Assembly (NCBI GenBank): GCA_037143635.1
Contig: JBAWYI010000001.1
Span: 497-64,496, forward strand
Reading direction: 5' to 3'
Source of the DNA: Actinomycetes bacterium
Lineage (GTDB): Bacteria; Actinomycetota; Actinomycetes; Nanopelagicales; Nanopelagicaceae
DNA: 64,000 bases
A program made the position numbers and the translations under genes. The number at the start of each line of letters is the position of its first letter. Positions within the stretch are counted from its first letter, which is position 1. Below the pieces are notes generated by a model. The model searched no databases and was not told where the DNA came from. It saw only the letters and a list, made by a program, of their open reading frames with translations. Positions 1 to 11,171 of this stretch are shown here, piece by piece.

Positions 1-2079
1 GTGATTACTATCAGGCAGTTTGCGCTAAATAATCAATTGCTAATTAGCTATTTCAATACCCAGGTTGAGGTTGAAGGTGTTATTCAAACTGATCCAATTG
101 CTAAGGAGGGCAATGTGGTTGGATCCAGTAAATTAACTGCTCAGTACAGCGTGCTTTTTAAGTTAACGAAAATAGGCCAGGCAAAAGTGGATCTGCCCAC
201 ACGTCTTAAATTTGATTTAAGTCAGCAACTATCTATTGATCAATCTATCCGTACTCAGGTTCGTGTGATTAAAAGTAAAGAGCGAAAGGTGGCTGCGCTC
301 TTAATCTCATCTGCAGAAATAGAGGTAACTAGTAACTCTAGGAAAATCTTTACAGCTACAACATCGGTTAGGGAGAGTTTTAAAAAGTTAGTTAAACCAA
401 CTGATGCTGGATCCCTTATTCCAGGGCTAGTACTTGGGGATACATCACTACAGCGGTCAGCATTTATAGAAGAAATGCGAAGAGTTGGCTTATCTCACTT
501 AACAGCTGTAAGCGGTGCAAATTTTGCGTTAGTGGCCACATTCTTACTTTGGCTACTTAAATACTTTGTTAGGAAACTGCGTCTTCGGCTTTACCTAGTT
601 TTTTTAATTCTATTAATTTTTATATTCCTCGTTCGCCCGACACCATCTGTATTACGAGCGGCGGTAATGACCGCAGTAGTTTTAATTGCAAGAGTATTAG
701 GAGACAAATCCTTTGGCATTCCATCGCTGGGATGTGCTATCTCGCTATTGGTATTAGTTGATCCCTTCCAAGCAATTGATCCCGGTTTTGCATTATCGGT
801 ATTGGCAACTGCTGGGATATTGCTCTTACCACCATTTTTAAATAATAAATTGGAAAGATATATAAAAATACCATGGATTTTGGATTCAATAGTTATTCCA
901 GTAAGTGCAACGATTTTTTGTTTCCCCGTGATCATATTACTTTCTAATCAATTTTCACTTGCTACTATTCCAGCAAATATTTTTGTTGCCCCAGTCATTG
1001 CACCAATAACAGTTCTTGGCTTTATTGCTGCAATCTTGGCACCTATAGCGGGATCTTTCTCGCATTTTATTATTTTAATTATTACACCCTTTTCAAGTTG
1101 GATTGTTTTGATATGTAAACAGATGAACGAATTTTCAGTAATAACCTTTAACCAAAGTGGCATTTTCTCAGCAGTGTTTTTATTATTGGTAATCCTTTTC
1201 CTTATTAAAAAACGAATAATTGCAATTTCAATCTTTATTTTACTTATTCTGCAATTATTAGTTGGCCCACTTGCTTGGCCGGGATCAGCATGGCAAATTG
1301 CCAATTGCGATGTTGGTCAAGGTGATGGAATGGTTGTAAACCTTGGAAACGGAAGTGGATTAGTAATAGACACAGGGCCAGATTTAATCAAGATGGATAG
1401 ATGCCTACATCAGTTAAAGATTAAGAAAATTCCGCTTTTGGTTCTAACTCATTTTCATGCTGATCATGTTGGTGGTGTTGCCTCTGTAATTAAAGATAGA
1501 AATATTGGAGAGGTTTGGATCTCAAATAACTTTCAACCAGAACAAGCATATGAATCGGTTAACAATCTACTTAGTGGGATAAAAGTTAAAACCGTAAAAG
1601 CAGGGGATAACTATGTATTTCCCGCTAATGATTTAAAGATTAAGGTGTTATGGCCAAAAGCTATAGCACAAGATTTTCAGTCACTACCTGGAGATGGTTC
1701 AGAAATTAATAATTCCAGCATTGCACTATTAATTAAGACCAGGCAGCTCTCATTATTTACTGCCGGAGATATCGAACCACCGGTGCAAGAATTAATTAGT
1801 AATTCAGGTGATTTGGTTCCGGTTGATGTGCTCAAAGTTTCTCACCATGGATCTAACTACCAGTACTTGCCAATGTTGGATCTACTTAAACCTAAAGTTG
1901 CCCTAATCAGTGTTGGAGCGAGAAATAAGTATGGACACCCCTCACCGGATCTAATTGCTCAACTTAAGCGCCGGCAGATTTCAGTCTGGCGTACCGACCA
2001 ATCTGGTGGGCTAGTACTTGCCTCACCTAATAAGATCAGGGTTACTGGAAAAGAATGGTGGCAAATTAGGTGGGGTTAG
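1..2079 (+). CDS. comEC: DNA uptake channel ComEC/Rec2 (probably 5'-truncated by window edge)
   Basis: Competence domain motif GLSHLTAVSGANF, multiple TM helices, C-terminal metallo-beta-lactamase (DVGQGD, THFHADH, SHHG); upstream of holA. Confidence 0.93.
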   Translation: MITIRQFALNNQLLISYFNTQVEVEGVIQTDPIAKEGNVVGSSKLTAQYSVLFKLTKIGQAKVDLPTRLKFDLSQQLSIDQSIRTQVRVIKSKERKVAALLISSAEIEVTSNSRKIFTATTSVRESFKKLVKPTDAGSLIPGLVLGDTSLQRSAFIEEMRRVGLSHLTAVSGANFALVATFLLWLLKYFVRKLRLRLYLVFLILLIFIFLVRPTPSVLRAAVMTAVVLIARVLGDKSFGIPSLGCAISLLVLVDPFQAIDPGFALSVLATAGILLLPPFLNNKLERYIKIPWILDSIVIPVSATIFCFPVIILLSNQFSLATIPANIFVAPVIAPITVLGFIAAILAPIAGSFSHFIILIITPFSSWIVLICKQMNEFSVITFNQSGIFSAVFLLLVILFLIKKRIIAISIFILLILQLLVGPLAWPGSAWQIANCDVGQGDGMVVNLGNGSGLVIDTGPDLIKMDRCLHQLKIKKIPLLVLTHFHADHVGGVASVIKDRNIGEVWISNNFQPEQAYESVNNLLSGIKVKTVKAGDNYVFPANDLKIKVLWPKAIAQDFQSLPGDGSEINNSSIALLIKTRQLSLFTAGDIEPPVQELISNSGDLVPVDVLKVSHHGSNYQYLPMLDLLKPKVALISVGARNKYGHPSPDLIAQLKRRQISVWRTDQSGGLVLASPNKIRVTGKEWWQIRWG

Positions 2080-3014
2080 TTTTAATACAAGGGGCAGAGA
2101 GTTTGCTTGCTGATCGCGCCATTTCAAATGTGATTGCCACAAAATCTGGCGCACAATCAACTATTTTTTCGGCGGATGAATTAGAGGTTGGGGTTATTAC
2201 CGACAGCCTGGCACCATCACTTTTTGCCGACGCACGAGTTGTCGTAATTAAAGATCTACAAGATTTAACCGCCGAATGTAGTGATGAGGTCGCAAGTTAT
2301 TTGGAAAATCAAGATGAAAACTTAACCTTAGTTCTTTGGCATAAGGGAGGCGTGAAGGGTAAAGCTCTAGTAGATAAAATAAAGAAACTTAACCCAGAGG
2401 TGATTGCAGCTGAGGCGATTAAGAAAGAGAGTGAAAAATCTGAATTTGTTCGGGCTGAGTTTAAAAGGTTAGATAGAAAAGTTAGTACTGAGGCTGTCAA
2501 TGCATTGATTGATTCTTTGGGTAGTGACTTAAGAGAGTTAAGTGCGGCTTGTTCTCAACTTGCATCTGATGTTGCATTGCAAAAAGTGATTGACGAGAAT
2601 GATGTTGCTCGATATCAGATGGGAAGAGTAGAAAGTACGGGCTTTGATGTTGCAGATGCTGCACTTGAAGGTAACACAGCAATTGCCTTAATAAACTTAC
2701 GGAACGCACTTTCAACTGGAACTGATCCAGTTCTAATTGTTAGTGCTCTTGCATCATCGTTACGAACTCTTGCAAAGGTTTCTGGAGCCTCTAGAAGTGT
2801 TAGATCATTTGAGTTAGCTTCAACATTAGCGATTGCACCTTGGCAAATTGATAAAGCTCGCAAACAGTTAACAGGTTGGAGTGAGAGTGGATTAATTAAG
2901 GCGGTTGTGGCAACGGCAACTGCTGATGCTGATATCAAGGGAGCCGCTGCTGATCCGATCTATGCCTTAGAGCGAGCGATAATGACCGTATGTGCGGCGA
3001 AAAGTGCTAGATAA
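2070..3014 (+). CDS. holA: DNA polymerase III delta subunit
   Basis: PSLF motif, C-terminal ADADIKG; comEC-holA-rpsT synteny. Confidence 0.9.
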   Translation: MGLVLIQGAESLLADRAISNVIATKSGAQSTIFSADELEVGVITDSLAPSLFADARVVVIKDLQDLTAECSDEVASYLENQDENLTLVLWHKGGVKGKALVDKIKKLNPEVIAAEAIKKESEKSEFVRAEFKRLDRKVSTEAVNALIDSLGSDLRELSAACSQLASDVALQKVIDENDVARYQMGRVESTGFDVADAALEGNTAIALINLRNALSTGTDPVLIVSALASSLRTLAKVSGASRSVRSFELASTLAIAPWQIDKARKQLTGWSESGLIKAVVATATADADIKGAAADPIYALERAIMTVCAAKSAR

Positions 3015-3108
3015 CCACGCTCAGTTTGAGCGTAAGGCCCTTGCGCTGATATCCTACCGATCTTCTTAAATAAGTTTTTAAGAGATAAAAGAGAAAAGGT
3101 AATCTTCA

Positions 3109-3378
3109 GTGGCAAATATCAAGTCCCAGATCAAACGAATTCGCACCAACAACAAAGCGCAAGATCGCAACAAGGCTTATCGTTCAGCGCTTCGTACTGC
3201 AATTCGTAAATTTCGCGATGCGGTAACTGCTGGAGATGCTGCAAAAATTAAAGCAGAGTTTACGGATGCTTCCCGTTCATTAGATATGGCTGTTTCAAAA
3301 GGCGTAATTCATGCCAATAACGCAGCTAATAAAAAGTCAGCGATGGCGAAGTTAGCCAACAAAGCTGGCGTTCGTTAA
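3109..3378 (+). CDS. rpsT: 30S ribosomal protein S20
   Basis: [14 protein letters not shown]...[14 protein letters not shown]. Confidence 0.97.
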   Translation: MANIKSQIKRIRTNNKAQDRNKAYRSALRTAIRKFRDAVTAGDAAKIKAEFTDASRSLDMAVSKGVIHANNAANKKSAMAKLANKAGVR

Positions 3379-3403
3379 TTTTCTAGACACTCCTAAGGCA
3401 TAA

Positions 3404-5269
3404 ATGCCTTCCATCTCGATTGCAAAAGCTCCGCAGCCTGCTGCCACAAATCCTGCGCAAATTAGAAATTTTTGTATCATCGCACATATCGATCACGGTA
3501 AATCTACTTTGGCCGATCGCATGTTGGGAATTACTGGTGTTGTAGAGGATAGAAATATGCGTGCGCAATATCTAGATCGAATGGATATTGAACGTGAACG
3601 AGGAATAACAATTAAAAGCCAGGCAGTTAGATTGCCCTGGAGATCAGGAATTGATAGCCAAGAATATATATTAAATATGATCGATACGCCTGGCCATGTT
3701 GACTTCACCTATGAGGTATCTCGCTCCCTTGCAGCATGTGAAGGCGCGGTCCTTTTGGTTGATTGTGCTCAAGGTATCGAAGCGCAGACCTTAGCCAATC
3801 TTTATCTAGCAATGGAAAATAATCTGACCATAATTCCAGTATTAAATAAGATTGATTTACCGGCTGCTCAACCTGAAAAATTTGCAATAGAGCTTGCTAA
3901 TTTAATTGGTTGTAAGCCTGAAGATTGCTTGCGAGTATCTGGAAAAACTGGAGCCGGAGTTGAAGAATTACTTGATCAAATTGTGAAGCAAATTCCACCA
4001 CCGGTGGGTGATCCAAAAGCTCCTACTCGAGCATTAATTTTTGATTCAGTTTATGACTCCTATCGTGGTGTGGTTACCTATGTTCGTGTTGTTGATGGAC
4101 ACCTTTCACCTCGAGATCAAATTCAGATGTATTCAACGGGTGTGAGACATGAAATGCTTGAAGTTGGAGTTATTTCACCAGAGCCGATGGCAAGTAATGG
4201 TTTAGGTGTTGGTGAAGTAGGTTATTTAATTACTGGAGTTAAGGATGTAAGACAGTCTCGTGTTGGCGATACTGTAACAACTTACAACAACCCAGCCACA
4301 GTCGCACTTGCTGGATATAAGGATCCAAAGCCAATGGTTTTTTCTGGACTATTTCCATTAGATGGAACTGAGTATCCAATGCTCCGTGAAGCATTAGATA
4401 AACTGCAATTAAATGATGCTGCTTTAGTTTTTGAACCAGAGTCATCTGACGCACTTGGTTTCGGTTTTAGATGTGGCTTCTTAGGCCTACTACACATGGA
4501 GATCGTAAGAGAAAGACTTGAAAGAGAGGCTGGACTAACTTTAATTTCTACCGCTCCCAGCGTGGTTTACAAGGTCACTTTAGATGATGGCAAGAAATTA
4601 GTTGTAACAAATCCATCTGAGTATCCAGATGGAAAAATCGCTGAAGTACAAGAGCCAATTGTTAAGGCCACTATTTTGGCACCAAGTGAATTTATCGGAA
4701 CAATCATGGAGCTTTGTCAGCAACGACGAGGTGTGCAAAAAGGTATGGATTATTTATCTGAGGACCGGGTTGAGATTCGCTACACATTGCCACTTGCAGA
4801 AATTGTATTTGATTTCTTTGATCAGCTTAAATCTAGAACTAAAGGTTATGCCTCACTTGATTATGAACCAATTGGGGAAGAGGCTGGAGATTTAGTTAAA
4901 GTTGATATTTTATTGCAGGGTGAGAAAGTTGATGCATTTAGTCAAATTGTTCACCGCGACAAGGCTTATGCATATGGTGTGACAATGACTGGAAAATTAA
5001 GAGAGTTAATTCCTCGTCAACAGTTTGAGGTTCCAATTCAAGCAGCAATTGGTGCAAAAATCATTGCTCGAGAAAATATTAGAGCAATCCGAAAAGATGT
5101 ATTGGCAAAGTGCTATGGCGGAGATATCACCCGTAAGCGCAAACTCTTGGAAAAGCAAAAAGAGGGTAAGAAGCGAATGAAGATGGTTGGCAGAGTTGAA
5201 GTTCCACAGGAGGCATTTATTGCTGCACTGACCACTGATTCAGATAAAGCGAGTGAAAAGAAAAAGTAA
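3404..5269 (+). CDS. lepA: Translation elongation factor 4
   Basis: [26 protein letters not shown]-terminal [21 protein letters not shown]. Confidence 0.98.
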   Translation: MPSISIAKAPQPAATNPAQIRNFCIIAHIDHGKSTLADRMLGITGVVEDRNMRAQYLDRMDIERERGITIKSQAVRLPWRSGIDSQEYILNMIDTPGHVDFTYEVSRSLAACEGAVLLVDCAQGIEAQTLANLYLAMENNLTIIPVLNKIDLPAAQPEKFAIELANLIGCKPEDCLRVSGKTGAGVEELLDQIVKQIPPPVGDPKAPTRALIFDSVYDSYRGVVTYVRVVDGHLSPRDQIQMYSTGVRHEMLEVGVISPEPMASNGLGVGEVGYLITGVKDVRQSRVGDTVTTYNNPATVALAGYKDPKPMVFSGLFPLDGTEYPMLREALDKLQLNDAALVFEPESSDALGFGFRCGFLGLLHMEIVRERLEREAGLTLISTAPSVVYKVTLDDGKKLVVTNPSEYPDGKIAEVQEPIVKATILAPSEFIGTIMELCQQRRGVQKGMDYLSEDRVEIRYTLPLAEIVFDFFDQLKSRTKGYASLDYEPIGEEAGDLVKVDILLQGEKVDAFSQIVHRDKAYAYGVTMTGKLRELIPRQQFEVPIQAAIGAKIIARENIRAIRKDVLAKCYGGDITRKRKLLEKQKEGKKRMKMVGRVEVPQEAFIAALTTDSDKASEKKK

Positions 5270-6415
5270 GTGGATCTAGCATTTTATATTCATATCCCTT
5301 ATTGCATAAAAAGGTGCGGATATTGTGATTTCAATACCTACACACCCAGTGAACTTAAAATTACAACCGGCCTTAAAAGCATAACTAGTTCTTATACAAA
5401 TTTATTAATCACAGAGATTAAATCTGCTCGTAAACAGGTAGGTGAGCGCGCAGTTGTACCATCTATTTTTTTCGGTGGCGGCACTCCATCTCTCATGGAA
5501 GCAGAAGAGATTAAGTCAATAATTAATGTTATTGGGTCTGAGTTTGATTTAGCCAGTGATATTGAAATTACCTTAGAGAGCAATCCAGATACAGTGGATA
5601 AAGAAAAGTTAGAGAAATTTTACCAAGCTGGTATTAATAGAATTTCATTTGGAATGCAATCTGCTGTGCCACATGTATTGGCCACACTAGATCGAACACA
5701 TAACCCAGATAATCTTTATCAAGTAACAAAATGGGCTAGTGAGGTTGGGTTCAAAGAAATTTCAGTTGATTTAATTTACGGAACACCCGGAGAGTCAAAG
5801 TTGGATTGGCAAAAATCTATCGATACCGCACTCACCCTTCCAATTACTCATATCTCTGCGTATGCACTAATCATTGAAGAGGGCACAAAGCTGGCAGCAC
5901 AAATAAAGCGGGGTGAAGTTGACCAAGTCGATGATGATTTAACTGCAGAGAAGTATTTAATGGCAGACGATGCATTTACAAAGTTTGGCTTTAATTGGTA
6001 TGAGTTAAGTAATTGGTCAAAGGTTAATTCTGAAAGTAAACATAACCTTGCCTACTGGCTTGGAAAGAATTGGTGGGGAGCAGGTCCTGGCGCCCACTCT
6101 CATTTAAATGGAAAACGTTTTTGGAATGTAAAACACCCAAACCTTTATAAGCAGAAAATTGAAGCCAATGAATCACCAGTTGCCGGCTCAGAAGAGCTTG
6201 AAGAATTACAAATAGAGAGCGAACGTTTAATGCTCTCTATCCGGTTACCAAGTGGAGTTGAGAAAAGTACTTTAAATGAACAACAAATTTTAGATTTATC
6301 TGGGTATGTTGAAAGTGGGCACCTAGATAAAGGTGATTGGAATAATGGCAGAGCAACCTTAACCTTGGATGGACGGCTTATTGCAGATCGAATCGTCCGT
6401 GAAATCCTCTTGTAG
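5270..6415 (+). CDS. hemW: Radical SAM heme chaperone HemW
   Basis: YIHIPYCxxxCGYCDF radical SAM motif, HNLAYW; between lepA and hrcA. Confidence 0.9.
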   Translation: MDLAFYIHIPYCIKRCGYCDFNTYTPSELKITTGLKSITSSYTNLLITEIKSARKQVGERAVVPSIFFGGGTPSLMEAEEIKSIINVIGSEFDLASDIEITLESNPDTVDKEKLEKFYQAGINRISFGMQSAVPHVLATLDRTHNPDNLYQVTKWASEVGFKEISVDLIYGTPGESKLDWQKSIDTALTLPITHISAYALIIEEGTKLAAQIKRGEVDQVDDDLTAEKYLMADDAFTKFGFNWYELSNWSKVNSESKHNLAYWLGKNWWGAGPGAHSHLNGKRFWNVKHPNLYKQKIEANESPVAGSEELEELQIESERLMLSIRLPSGVEKSTLNEQQILDLSGYVESGHLDKGDWNNGRATLTLDGRLIADRIVREILL

Positions 6416-6427
6416 TAGCGTTGGCTT

Positions 6428-7441
6428 ATGAGTAATAAGGTCGCTGGCAGACAGCTAGAAATCCTAAAGGCAATAGTTGATGAGTATGTTGCCAGTGAAG
6501 AGCCAGTTGGCTCTAAAACTTTAGCTCAGCGATCTGGATTAGGTGTTTCACCTGCAACTATTCGTAATGAAATGGCTGTGCTAGAAGATGCTGGATTAAT
6601 TACTCAACCTCACACAAGTGCTGGTCGAATTCCAACAAATAAAGGTTATCGTGTTTTTGTTGATCAGCTTGCTGAGATTAAACCCTTGTCTACTGCAGAA
6701 CGTAAAGCAATTGAAAACTTCTTAGATGGTGCAACTGATTTAGATGACGTAATTTCAAGAACAGTTCGCCTGCTTGCTCAAGTTACAAAGCAGGTAGCAG
6801 TTGTTCAATACCCATCTCTTATCAAAGCCAAAGTTCGTCATATCGAGTTAGTGCTATTAAATACAACAAGAGTAATGATTGTTCTAATTACAGATACTGG
6901 CCGAGTTGAGCAAAGAATGGTCGAGTTACCTTTTGAAATAACTGAAGCAGCGCTATCTGATTTACATAAAAAGGTTAACCTATCTATCGCAACTCAATCC
7001 CTATCTAGTGTTGCAAGTAACTTAGAAGGATTATCTAGAAATTATCGTGGAAATGATAAATCTAATGTCGTTGTAATAATTACTACTTTGATTGAAATGG
7101 CAGTTGAACAACCAGAGGAAAAAGTAGTTTTGGCTGGAAGATCAAACCTTGCTCGCTCTAATCAAGATTTGTCAGGCAGTATTCACCCGATCCTTGAGGC
7201 ACTAGAGGAGCAGGTGGTTTTGCTTAGATTGTTATCTGGCACAGACTCTTCAGTAAGAGTTCAAATTGGTGATGAGCAAAGCGAAAAAAGTTTACGAAGT
7301 ACCAGTTTAGTCACGGTTGGGTATGCAAATATCGGCGCACTTGGAATATTAGGACCAACTCGCATGGATTACGCTTCATCAATTACAGCTGTTAACGCAG
7401 TTGCCAATTATGTTGGTCGATTTTTAACGGAGAATAAATAG
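6428..7441 (+). CDS. hrcA: Heat-inducible transcription repressor HrcA
   Basis: EPVGSK, SPATIRNEM, QPHTSAGRIPT, GPTRMDY. Confidence 0.96.
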   Translation: MSNKVAGRQLEILKAIVDEYVASEEPVGSKTLAQRSGLGVSPATIRNEMAVLEDAGLITQPHTSAGRIPTNKGYRVFVDQLAEIKPLSTAERKAIENFLDGATDLDDVISRTVRLLAQVTKQVAVVQYPSLIKAKVRHIELVLLNTTRVMIVLITDTGRVEQRMVELPFEITEAALSDLHKKVNLSIATQSLSSVASNLEGLSRNYRGNDKSNVVVIITTLIEMAVEQPEEKVVLAGRSNLARSNQDLSGSIHPILEALEEQVVLLRLLSGTDSSVRVQIGDEQSEKSLRSTSLVTVGYANIGALGILGPTRMDYASSITAVNAVANYVGRFLTENK

Positions 7442-7444
7442 AAG

Positions 7445-8551
7445 ATGGCTGATTTATATGAAACACTCGGCGTAGGTCGAGATGCAAGTTTTGATGAAAT
7501 TAAAAAGGCATACCGAAAATTAGCTAGAAACTATCATCCTGATGTAAATCCAGATCCAAAGATCTCTGACAAATTTAAAGAGATCACCGCAGCCTATGAA
7601 ATATTAAGTGATCCAGATAAGCGACAAAATTACGACATTGGTGGAAATGGTTTCGGTGGAGGGTTTTCAAATGCAGGTTTTGGCTTTGGCGACATTATGG
7701 ATGCTTTTTTTGGTGGCGGACAGCAACGCGGACCTCGTCCAAGAAATCGTCCTGGTCAAGATGCATTGATAAAAGTAGAGGTTAATTTAAGTGAAGCAAC
7801 CTTTGGGTGTGATCGTGAGTTAAATGTTGAAACTGCTGTTGCATGTAGCAAGTGTGGCGGAAGTGGCTGTGCTAATAATTCACGACCTAGAACCTGTGAT
7901 ATTTGTAAGGGCAGAGGTGAAACACAGCAAGTAGCAAGATCTATTTTGGGACAAGTAATGACTAGCAGGCCATGTGCTAGTTGCCAAGGATTTGGTTCAA
8001 TAATTTCTGATCCCTGTGGAGAGTGTGCAGGCGATGGCAGAGTTCGATCACGTAAAAGTATTCCAATTAAAATTCCAGCTGGTGTTGAAACTGGTAATCG
8101 CATTCAGCTCAGCGGGCAAGGTGAAGTTGGGCCAGGTGGTGGAGCGGCTGGTGATTTATATGTAGAGATTGTAGAAATCCCACATGAATTTTTAGTTCGA
8201 GATGGAAATAACCTTCATATTTCAATTGGAATTCCAATGACTTCTGCTGCGCTAGGCGCAAAGGTAGAAATTCAAACTTTAGATGGCATGCAAAGCGTAC
8301 AAATTTCTGAAGGATTACAGAGTGGATCTACGGTTGTATTAAAAGGCCTTGGTGTAACAAAATTACGAGGATCTGGTCGGGGAGATTTAATAGTCCATGT
8401 TGATGTTATAACTCCAAGTAAATTAAACAAAGATCAGAGTGAGTTACTAAAGAAGTTTGCTCAACTTAGAAATGAGCAACCCAGCAAGGTAATAATCCAT
8501 ACAAATGAAGATGAAGGATTTTTTAGTAAAGTTAGAAATGCCTTCCGGTAG
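7445..8551 (+). CDS. dnaJ: Chaperone DnaJ (DnaJ2 type)
   Basis: J domain HPD, G/F region, four CxxCxGxG zinc-finger repeats. Confidence 0.96.
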   Translation: MADLYETLGVGRDASFDEIKKAYRKLARNYHPDVNPDPKISDKFKEITAAYEILSDPDKRQNYDIGGNGFGGGFSNAGFGFGDIMDAFFGGGQQRGPRPRNRPGQDALIKVEVNLSEATFGCDRELNVETAVACSKCGGSGCANNSRPRTCDICKGRGETQQVARSILGQVMTSRPCASCQGFGSIISDPCGECAGDGRVRSRKSIPIKIPAGVETGNRIQLSGQGEVGPGGGAAGDLYVEIVEIPHEFLVRDGNNLHISIGIPMTSAALGAKVEIQTLDGMQSVQISEGLQSGSTVVLKGLGVTKLRGSGRGDLIVHVDVITPSKLNKDQSELLKKFAQLRNEQPSKVIIHTNEDEGFFSKVRNAFR

Positions 8552-9267
8552 TGCTTTCCCTATTTTTTGTTGACAAGTTAAGTGGTGGAAGCTCTCAACT
8601 CTTAGATAAAGATGATGCCCATCATGCGATTAAGGTATTAAGAGTAAAAGTGGGTGAAGAGATTATGGTTTCTGATGGCGCCGGTAGCTGGGTCTCTGGG
8701 CCAATTGAAGAAGTAGGAAAGAAATCTTTGCTGATAAAGGTTTTGGAACATGGAGAGAAAAAATCAATTAAACCAGAGTTAGTTATAGTGCAAGCAATTA
8801 CAAAATCTGACAGAAATAAAGAAATGTTAGACCTAATCACTGTTGCTGGAGTTGATCGCATTATTCCATGGCAATCAGATCGATCAATTAGTAAATGGCA
8901 GCCAGATTCTGCTGAAAAATGGGAATCAACAATTAAAGAATCTTGTAAACAGGCACGAAGAGTTGTAATTCCTAAATTAAGTAATTCAGTTGACTCAAAG
9001 CAATTAGCTGAAATATTAAGTTCTTCCCCTTATTCGCTCATCTTTCATGAAGATGCCGAAACTAAATTTTCAGAATTGAACATACCTAAAGATGTAGCGA
9101 TCATTTACTTAGTTATTGGTCCAGAGGGTGGGATTACTGAAGAGGAACTACAAATGTTTAATGGGGGCACCTCCAATATAATTAAGTTAGGGGAGCCAGT
9201 GCTACGTTCTGCTCATGCAGGGTTTGCAGCACTAGCAGCAGTTCAAACTAAGTTAGGGCGTTGGTAG
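8551..9267 (+). CDS. rsmE: 16S rRNA m3U1498 methyltransferase
   Basis: HAIKVLR, IGPEGG, LGEPVLR SPOUT motifs; follows dnaJ. Confidence 0.92.
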   Translation: MLSLFFVDKLSGGSSQLLDKDDAHHAIKVLRVKVGEEIMVSDGAGSWVSGPIEEVGKKSLLIKVLEHGEKKSIKPELVIVQAITKSDRNKEMLDLITVAGVDRIIPWQSDRSISKWQPDSAEKWESTIKESCKQARRVVIPKLSNSVDSKQLAEILSSSPYSLIFHEDAETKFSELNIPKDVAIIYLVIGPEGGITEEELQMFNGGTSNIIKLGEPVLRSAHAGFAALAAVQTKLGRW

Positions 9268-9269
9268 AT

Positions 9270-9605
9270 ATGGATTGTTTATTTTGTAAAATAGTTAGTG
9301 GTGATATTCCTGCCACAATAATCAAAAAGACAGAATTAATTACTGCTTTTAACGATATAACCCCTCAAGCCCCGACTCATGTTTTAATAATTCCAAACAA
9401 ACATTTCGAAAATATTGGAGAAGTCTCTATTGCTGATTCAAAATTGACTTCCGAATTGTTTAAGGCAGCTGCAGATATCGCGATCGAATATGGGCTTGAA
9501 AGTTATCGGTTGAACATTAATACCGGCGCCGGTGCGGGTCAGTCAGTCTTCCACGCTCACCTTCATCTGCTAGCCGGCAGGGCATTCGCTTGGCCGCCTG
9601 GTTAA
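9270..9605 (+). CDS. Histidine triad (HIT) nucleotide-binding protein
   Basis: DCLFCKI start, GQSVFHAHLHLL triad, WPPG end; ATG at 9270. Confidence 0.92.
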   Translation: MDCLFCKIVSGDIPATIIKKTELITAFNDITPQAPTHVLIIPNKHFENIGEVSIADSKLTSELFKAAADIAIEYGLESYRLNINTGAGAGQSVFHAHLHLLAGRAFAWPPG

Positions 9606-9621
9606 ATATAGAGTTCTCGTA

Positions 9622-10620
9622 ATGGATCCAATCGTTATTAAAGTACCGGCCGCATTTCCTATGGTCACACTTGTTGGTCCGAGTGACTCTCATCTTAGAA
9701 TTCTAGAAAATCAATTCCCACAGCTCTCAATTACGGTTCGCGGAAATGAAATATATGTAAAAGGTGAGATTGAGGAAGCCAAAAAATTTGTAGATTTAAT
9801 AGATGAATTAATTGCTATTTTGCGTAGTGGCCAGAGTCTGACAGTGGACATGGTTCGTAGATCAATTGGAATGATTAAGCAATATCCAGCCGAACATCCA
9901 GCTGAGGTTCTCTCACTAAATATTTTAAGTAACCGTGGTAAAACTATCCGTCCAAAAACTGCAAATCAAAAGAAGTATGTGGATGCAATTGATGCCAACA
10001 CAATTACTTTTGGAATAGGGCCAGCTGGCTCTGGAAAAACCTACCTTGCGATGGCAAAGGCAATTCAATCATTGCAGGCAAAACAAGTTAATCGAATTAT
10101 TTTAACCCGCCCTGCTGTTGAAGCAGGTGAGCGATTAGGATTTTTACCAGGAACTCTTCATGAAAAAATTGATCCGTATCTTCGCCCATTATTTGATGCT
10201 CTTCACGACATGATTGATCAAGATGCAATACCTAGACTTATGAACTCAGGTGTAATTGAGGTTGCACCTCTTGCATATATGCGTGGCCGTACTCTTAATG
10301 ATGCATTTATTATTTTAGATGAGGCTCAAAATACAACCGGTGAGCAGATGAAAATGTTTTTAACCCGTCTTGGTTTTGGTTCCAAAATGGTAGTTACTGG
10401 CGATGTGACACAGGTTGATCTTCCAAATAATTCACAATCAGGGCTAAGAATAGTTCAGGACATTTTAAAAGATGTCGATGATATTTCATTTATGCATTTA
10501 ACTGCCGAGGATGTTGTTCGAAATCGTTTAGTTGGTGACATTGTTACCGCTTATGGAAGTTGGGATGAGAATATTTCAAAATCTACTTTTCCGATTAGAA
10601 GCGGGAAGGGTGATCGTTAA
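9622..10620 (+). CDS. phoH: PhoH-like ATPase
   Basis: GPAGSGKT, RPAVEAGERLGFLPG, YMRGRT, DEAQN. Confidence 0.95.
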   Translation: MDPIVIKVPAAFPMVTLVGPSDSHLRILENQFPQLSITVRGNEIYVKGEIEEAKKFVDLIDELIAILRSGQSLTVDMVRRSIGMIKQYPAEHPAEVLSLNILSNRGKTIRPKTANQKKYVDAIDANTITFGIGPAGSGKTYLAMAKAIQSLQAKQVNRIILTRPAVEAGERLGFLPGTLHEKIDPYLRPLFDALHDMIDQDAIPRLMNSGVIEVAPLAYMRGRTLNDAFIILDEAQNTTGEQMKMFLTRLGFGSKMVVTGDVTQVDLPNNSQSGLRIVQDILKDVDDISFMHLTAEDVVRNRLVGDIVTAYGSWDENISKSTFPIRSGKGDR

Positions 10621-10648
10621 TTAACTCAATAACATTGGGCAGTAGATC

Positions 10649-11086
10649 ATGAAAATAGAGTTAATAAATGATTCAACATATAAGTGCGATGAGGTTGGAA
10701 TTAAATCTCTTGCTAACTTTACTCTTGGTAAATTAGGAATTCATCCAGATTCAGAGCTAAGTATTAGATTAGTTGATGAGGAAGAAATTACTCAACTTCA
10801 TATTAAATGGATGGATTTACCTGGACCTACCGACGTGCTCTCATTTCCAATGGATGAAATCAAACCCAATTCAGCTTCTAATGGACCAGGTGTGATTGGG
10901 GATATTGTCTTGTGCCCGGCATTTGCTGAAAAAAATGGAAAGCAATCATTGGGGGATGAACTTCAACTCCTTACCGTTCATGGCGTACTTCATTTACTTG
11001 GTTATGACCATGAAGAGTTAGATGAAGAAAAACAGATGTTTGGATTACAAGAGGAATTTCTTAAGCAATGGCGGAGTTCACTCTAA
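10649..11086 (+). CDS. ybeY: rRNA maturation endoribonuclease YbeY
   Basis: PTDVLSFP and HGVLHLLGYDH motifs. Confidence 0.95.
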   Translation: MKIELINDSTYKCDEVGIKSLANFTLGKLGIHPDSELSIRLVDEEEITQLHIKWMDLPGPTDVLSFPMDEIKPNSASNGPGVIGDIVLCPAFAEKNGKQSLGDELQLLTVHGVLHLLGYDHEELDEEKQMFGLQEEFLKQWRSSL

Positions 11087-11171
11087 ATTTAACCTGCCGC
11101 CCTTCAAATAAGCAGAATTTGGATCAATCTGTTGAAACTAAAAAATCAGTTAACAGTTGTAAGATGCTCTA

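Noticed and set aside
6380-6430. CIRCE operator upstream of hrcA-dnaJ
   Set aside because: No TTAGCACTC-N9-GAGTGCTAA match; only 12 bp separate hemW and hrcA
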